Positions 61,004 through 64,000 of a stretch of 64,000 nucleotides of DNA are shown here, one piece after another. Under the pieces are notes generated by a model. The model searched no databases. It was given only the letters and a program-made list of their open reading frames with translations, and was not told the origin of the DNA. The DNA comes from an uncultured delta proteobacterium (GTDB lineage: Bacteria > Desulfobacterota > Binatia > UBA9968). Position 1 is the stretch's first letter. The number at the start of each line of letters is the position of its first letter. The translations under genes and the position numbers were made by a program. Location of the stretch: NCBI GenBank assembly GCA_963755715.1, contig CAVWLW010000052.1, positions 1-64,000 on the forward strand. The letters run 5' to 3'.

Positions 61004-62554
61004 GTGGATCTCTTCACCAATGTCGCGCTCGGCTTCTCGGTCGCACTCACGCCGACAAATTTGCTTTTTTGTTTTCTCGGCTCCCTGGTCGGCACGCTGG
61101 TCGGCGTATTGCCGGGCTTGGGTCCAGTCGGCGCGATCGCGTTTTTGCTGTCATTGACGTTCAAAATGGAGCCGGCGACCGCGATCATCATGCTCGCCGG
61201 CATTTACTACGGCGCCATGTACGGCGGCTCGACGACGTCGATTCTAGTCAATATCCCGGGCGAGACGGCGTCGGTAGTTACTTGTCTCGACGGTTACCGT
61301 ATGGCGCGCCAAGGCCGCGCGGGCGCGGCGTTGGGCATCTCCGCTTTCGGCTCGTTTATCGCTGGAACTTTCGGCGTGATCGGGCTCATGTTTCTCGCGC
61401 CGATGCTTGGACGAGCGGCGCTCCGCTTCGGGCCGCCGGAATATTTTGCGCTGACGCTCACCGGTTTGACTCTGGTCGCCTATCTTACGCAGGGATCGAT
61501 GCTCAAGGCGTTGATCATGACTACGCTGGGGCTGCTCGCTGGCAGCGTCGGCATGGATCCGATTTCGGGCGAAGAGCGCTTTACCTTTGGCAGTCTGACC
61601 TTGCGCGATGGTTTGGGTCTTGTGCCCGTGGCTATGGGGCTTTTCGGTATCGCCGAGGTGCTGGAGAACTTGGGCGCCACGGGCACGCAATCGATTTACC
61701 AAACAAAGATCAAAGGATTGCTGCCCAACGCGAAAGATTGGCGCGACAGCGGCTGGCCGATCGCGCGCGGCTCCGTCATCGGCTTTCTCTTGGGCATTTT
61801 GCCCGGCCCTGGTCCGGTAATCGCGTCGTTTGTTTCTTATGCGATGGAAAAGCGCATGTCGCGCTATCCGGAAAAATTCGGCACCGGTGTAATCGAAGGG
61901 GTCGCCGGACCCGAAGCGGCCAACAATTCCGCCACGGCCGGATCGTTTATTCCTTTGCTCTCGCTCGGCATCCCGACCAGCGCGATCATGGCGCTCTTCA
62001 TGGGCGCCCTGATGATTCACGGCATCCAGCCCGGCCCGCTCTTTATCAGCAAGTATCCGGAACTGTTCTGGGGCTTCATCGCCAGCATGTACATCGGCAA
62101 CGCGATGCTGCTGGTGTTGAATTTGCCCCTGATCGGTATTTGGGTGCGCCTGCTCAAGACGCCGTACACGATTTTATTTCCGTTGATTTTGCTGTTCTGC
62201 CTGATCGGCGTCTACACGCTTAATTCCAACACAACGGAAATCCTCATCATGCTCATCTTCGGCATCGCCGGCTTTTTCTTGAGGCGCCTTGGCTTCGAAG
62301 GGGCGCCGTTTATCCTCGCGATGGTGCTCGGCCCGGTGATGGAAACGTCGCTGCGCCAATCGCTGCTCATCTCGCGCGGCAATTTCGCGATCTTTTACAC
62401 TCGGCCGATTTGCGCCGTCCTGCTGGCGCTGACAATCCTGTTTTTGATCGTTCCCGCTGTTTCGCGGCAAAAAAAACTCATGATGTGCGCACGCATGCGC
62501 GCATGGGTTTTGTTCGATCGATCATGCCTACAGAGCCGGGTTGATGCGCTGTGA
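61004..62554 (+). CDS. tctA: TTT large permease
   Basis: [42 protein letters not shown]. Confidence 0.95.
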   Translation: MDLFTNVALGFSVALTPTNLLFCFLGSLVGTLVGVLPGLGPVGAIAFLLSLTFKMEPATAIIMLAGIYYGAMYGGSTTSILVNIPGETASVVTCLDGYRMARQGRAGAALGISAFGSFIAGTFGVIGLMFLAPMLGRAALRFGPPEYFALTLTGLTLVAYLTQGSMLKALIMTTLGLLAGSVGMDPISGEERFTFGSLTLRDGLGLVPVAMGLFGIAEVLENLGATGTQSIYQTKIKGLLPNAKDWRDSGWPIARGSVIGFLLGILPGPGPVIASFVSYAMEKRMSRYPEKFGTGVIEGVAGPEAANNSATAGSFIPLLSLGIPTSAIMALFMGALMIHGIQPGPLFISKYPELFWGFIASMYIGNAMLLVLNLPLIGIWVRLLKTPYTILFPLILLFCLIGVYTLNSNTTEILIMLIFGIAGFFLRRLGFEGAPFILAMVLGPVMETSLRQSLLISRGNFAIFYTRPICAVLLALTILFLIVPAVSRQKKLMMCARMRAWVLFDRSCLQSRVDAL

Positions 62555-62594
62555 AAAGGTAGTAAGCTAAACAGCGAGTCGAGCAAGTCCAGCG

Positions 62595-63096
62595 ATGCAA
62601 ATGTCGTTACATCTTGGCAAGCACTACCGTGTTTGGCTGCTCCTGTTCCTGGCCGTCACCTGTCTTGGCGCGGCCGCCGAAAAATCCGAAAAATCCGTCT
62701 ATTCGCAAATTTCGAACAAGGAACTCAAACAGCGAACCCTCCGGCTGGTTAAAAACATTCGGGATATGGTCGAGTCGTACAATCAAAAAGATCGAGAGCT
62801 CATGGCCGATTACGACAAGAAGAATCGGCCCGAATATCGCTCTCGACGAGCGTAAAGCCATGCGAGAGCAGTGGATGCGGCAGTCCGATTCGGTTCACGA
62901 TGCGACGATGCGCCGCTATAAAGAAACCTACTGGGCCGACGCCATCCTTCTGCTCGATGAGCTCTACCGCCGTGTGCCCCAGCGCATGCGTCAGAAAGAT
63001 ATCCTGCCGATTTATCAGCATCCCACCAACGTTCTCGGCGTGGAAACCATCGCCAATCACCTGGAGCTAATGGCGAAAGCATTGCCGGACGCGTAA
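62595..63096 (+). CDS. Hypothetical exported protein (frameshifted near 62845)
   Basis: Signal-like VWLLLFLAVTCLGAAA; helical C-terminus in the overlapping frame. Confidence 0.6.
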
Positions 63097-63117
63097 CTTC
63101 CGAACTTAATCTAATTT

Positions 63118-64000
63118 CTACTTGGCATACAGTCGGTTCATCTCGTCGAAGAAGCCGGAGCTTTCCAATTCGTTGATGTAGCGCGCTTCGATGAATCCTT
63201 CCGGATTGACGCCGGCGACTTCAGGACTCGAGCGGGACAACAAGTAAAGCATCGATTTGGCCACCCGCGCCGTCGGCGTGGGTTTGGTCATCAGTCTTTC
63301 TCTGTAAAGATTATAGATCGTGTTCAGAACTTCAGCGTCTTGAGTCGCGACATATTTTTTTAATGTGGCCAAGGCGAACTCAGGTTTGGCGCGAAACAAG
63401 TACAGTCCTTCGATCCAGGCTTTGAGGAACTTAAGGGTGATGTCCGGATTCTTACTCACATAAGAGCGGCGCGCGAGGATCCCGGAACCGGAAATTTCCA
63501 GCGGTAGCTTGGAGTAGTCGATGAGCGTGCGAAAGCCCAGTTTGTTTGCCGTTAGCGTCTGGATGCCGGCGATGATCGCGCCGTGGATGCGACCGGTTTG
63601 CAGACCGCTCAGGCGCGCGCCCAGATCGCCGACAGGGACGATGGTCACGTCTTTCTCGGCGATGCCATTCAGGCGCAGGCCTTCGCGTAGCAGGATGTCG
63701 GTCAGTGAGCCCGCTGTGCTCATGCCCAACACTTTGCCGCGCAACTGCTCGGCGCTCGTAATATTTTTTTGCACGACCAGCGAGTGCTCGAGCTGATTCA
63801 TCGGCGAGGCGATCAGCGCGGTGTCGGCGCCGCGCTGGTAGGCTTCCAACGCGGGCATGCCGGAGTGATTGACGAATTGCACGCTGCCGCCGATCAGGGA
63901 CATGATGCTGCGCGGCCCGCCGGAGATGTAGACGAGATTTAGATCCAAGCCGTACTTTTCGTAGAGGCGCGCTTCTTTGGCTACCCAGGTTTGTGCCATC
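63118..64000 (-). CDS. SsuA/NMT1-type ABC substrate-binding protein (5' end outside the window)
   Basis: WVAKEARLYEKYGLD, QLRGKVLG, ELESSGF. Confidence 0.88.
   Translation of the reverse strand, partial: MAQTWVAKEARLYEKYGLDLNLVYISGGPRSIMSLIGGSVQFVNHSGMPALEAYQRGADTALIASPMNQLEHSLVVQKNITSAEQLRGKVLGMSTAGSLTDILLREGLRLNGIAEKDVTIVPVGDLGARLSGLQTGRIHGAIIAGIQTLTANKLGFRTLIDYSKLPLEISGSGILARRSYVSKNPDITLKFLKAWIEGLYLFRAKPEFALATLKKYVATQDAEVLNTIYNLYRERLMTKPTPTARVAKSMLYLLSRSSPEVAGVNPEGFIEARYINELESSGFFDEMNRLYAK

Noticed and set aside
61069-62223. Long alternative-frame and antisense ORFs (384 aa here; similar ones over aroG, MFS and tctC)
   Set aside because: Arg/Ala/Gly-rich translations expected from high-GC codon bias overlapping well-supported genes.

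Overview
GC-rich bacterial chromosome segment. The many orphan SsuA/NMT1-type binding proteins, ThDP enzymes, TTT transporter and short intergenic tandem repeats resemble Candidatus Binatia-like Deltaproteobacteria, but this is inference only. About a dozen genes, including asnS, carry 1-nt frameshifts typical of an unpolished long-read assembly. Left to right: a large Ig-like repeat surface protein missed by the ORF track with a divergent LysR gene; housekeeping and transport genes; a lower-GC ABC-ATPase + TOPRIM-like pair (candidate defence module); a ~14 kb block (14.8-28.7 kb) organised as a putative sigma cascade; mtgA/mutY/bfr; a truncated hsdR; catabolic clusters; a ~1040-aa membrane-anchored coiled-coil repeat protein; comDE-like genes and a Tct transporter. 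In the cascade block a triple-GAF sigma54 activator faces a -24/-12 promoter driving STAS + ECF sigma + zinc anti-sigma genes, and nine copies of an ECF-type motif (GCAWC-N15/16-NCRTCYAA) lie upstream of minus-strand genes. I saw no tRNA, rRNA, CRISPR array or transposase. All family assignments come from motif recognition by eye, not database searches.
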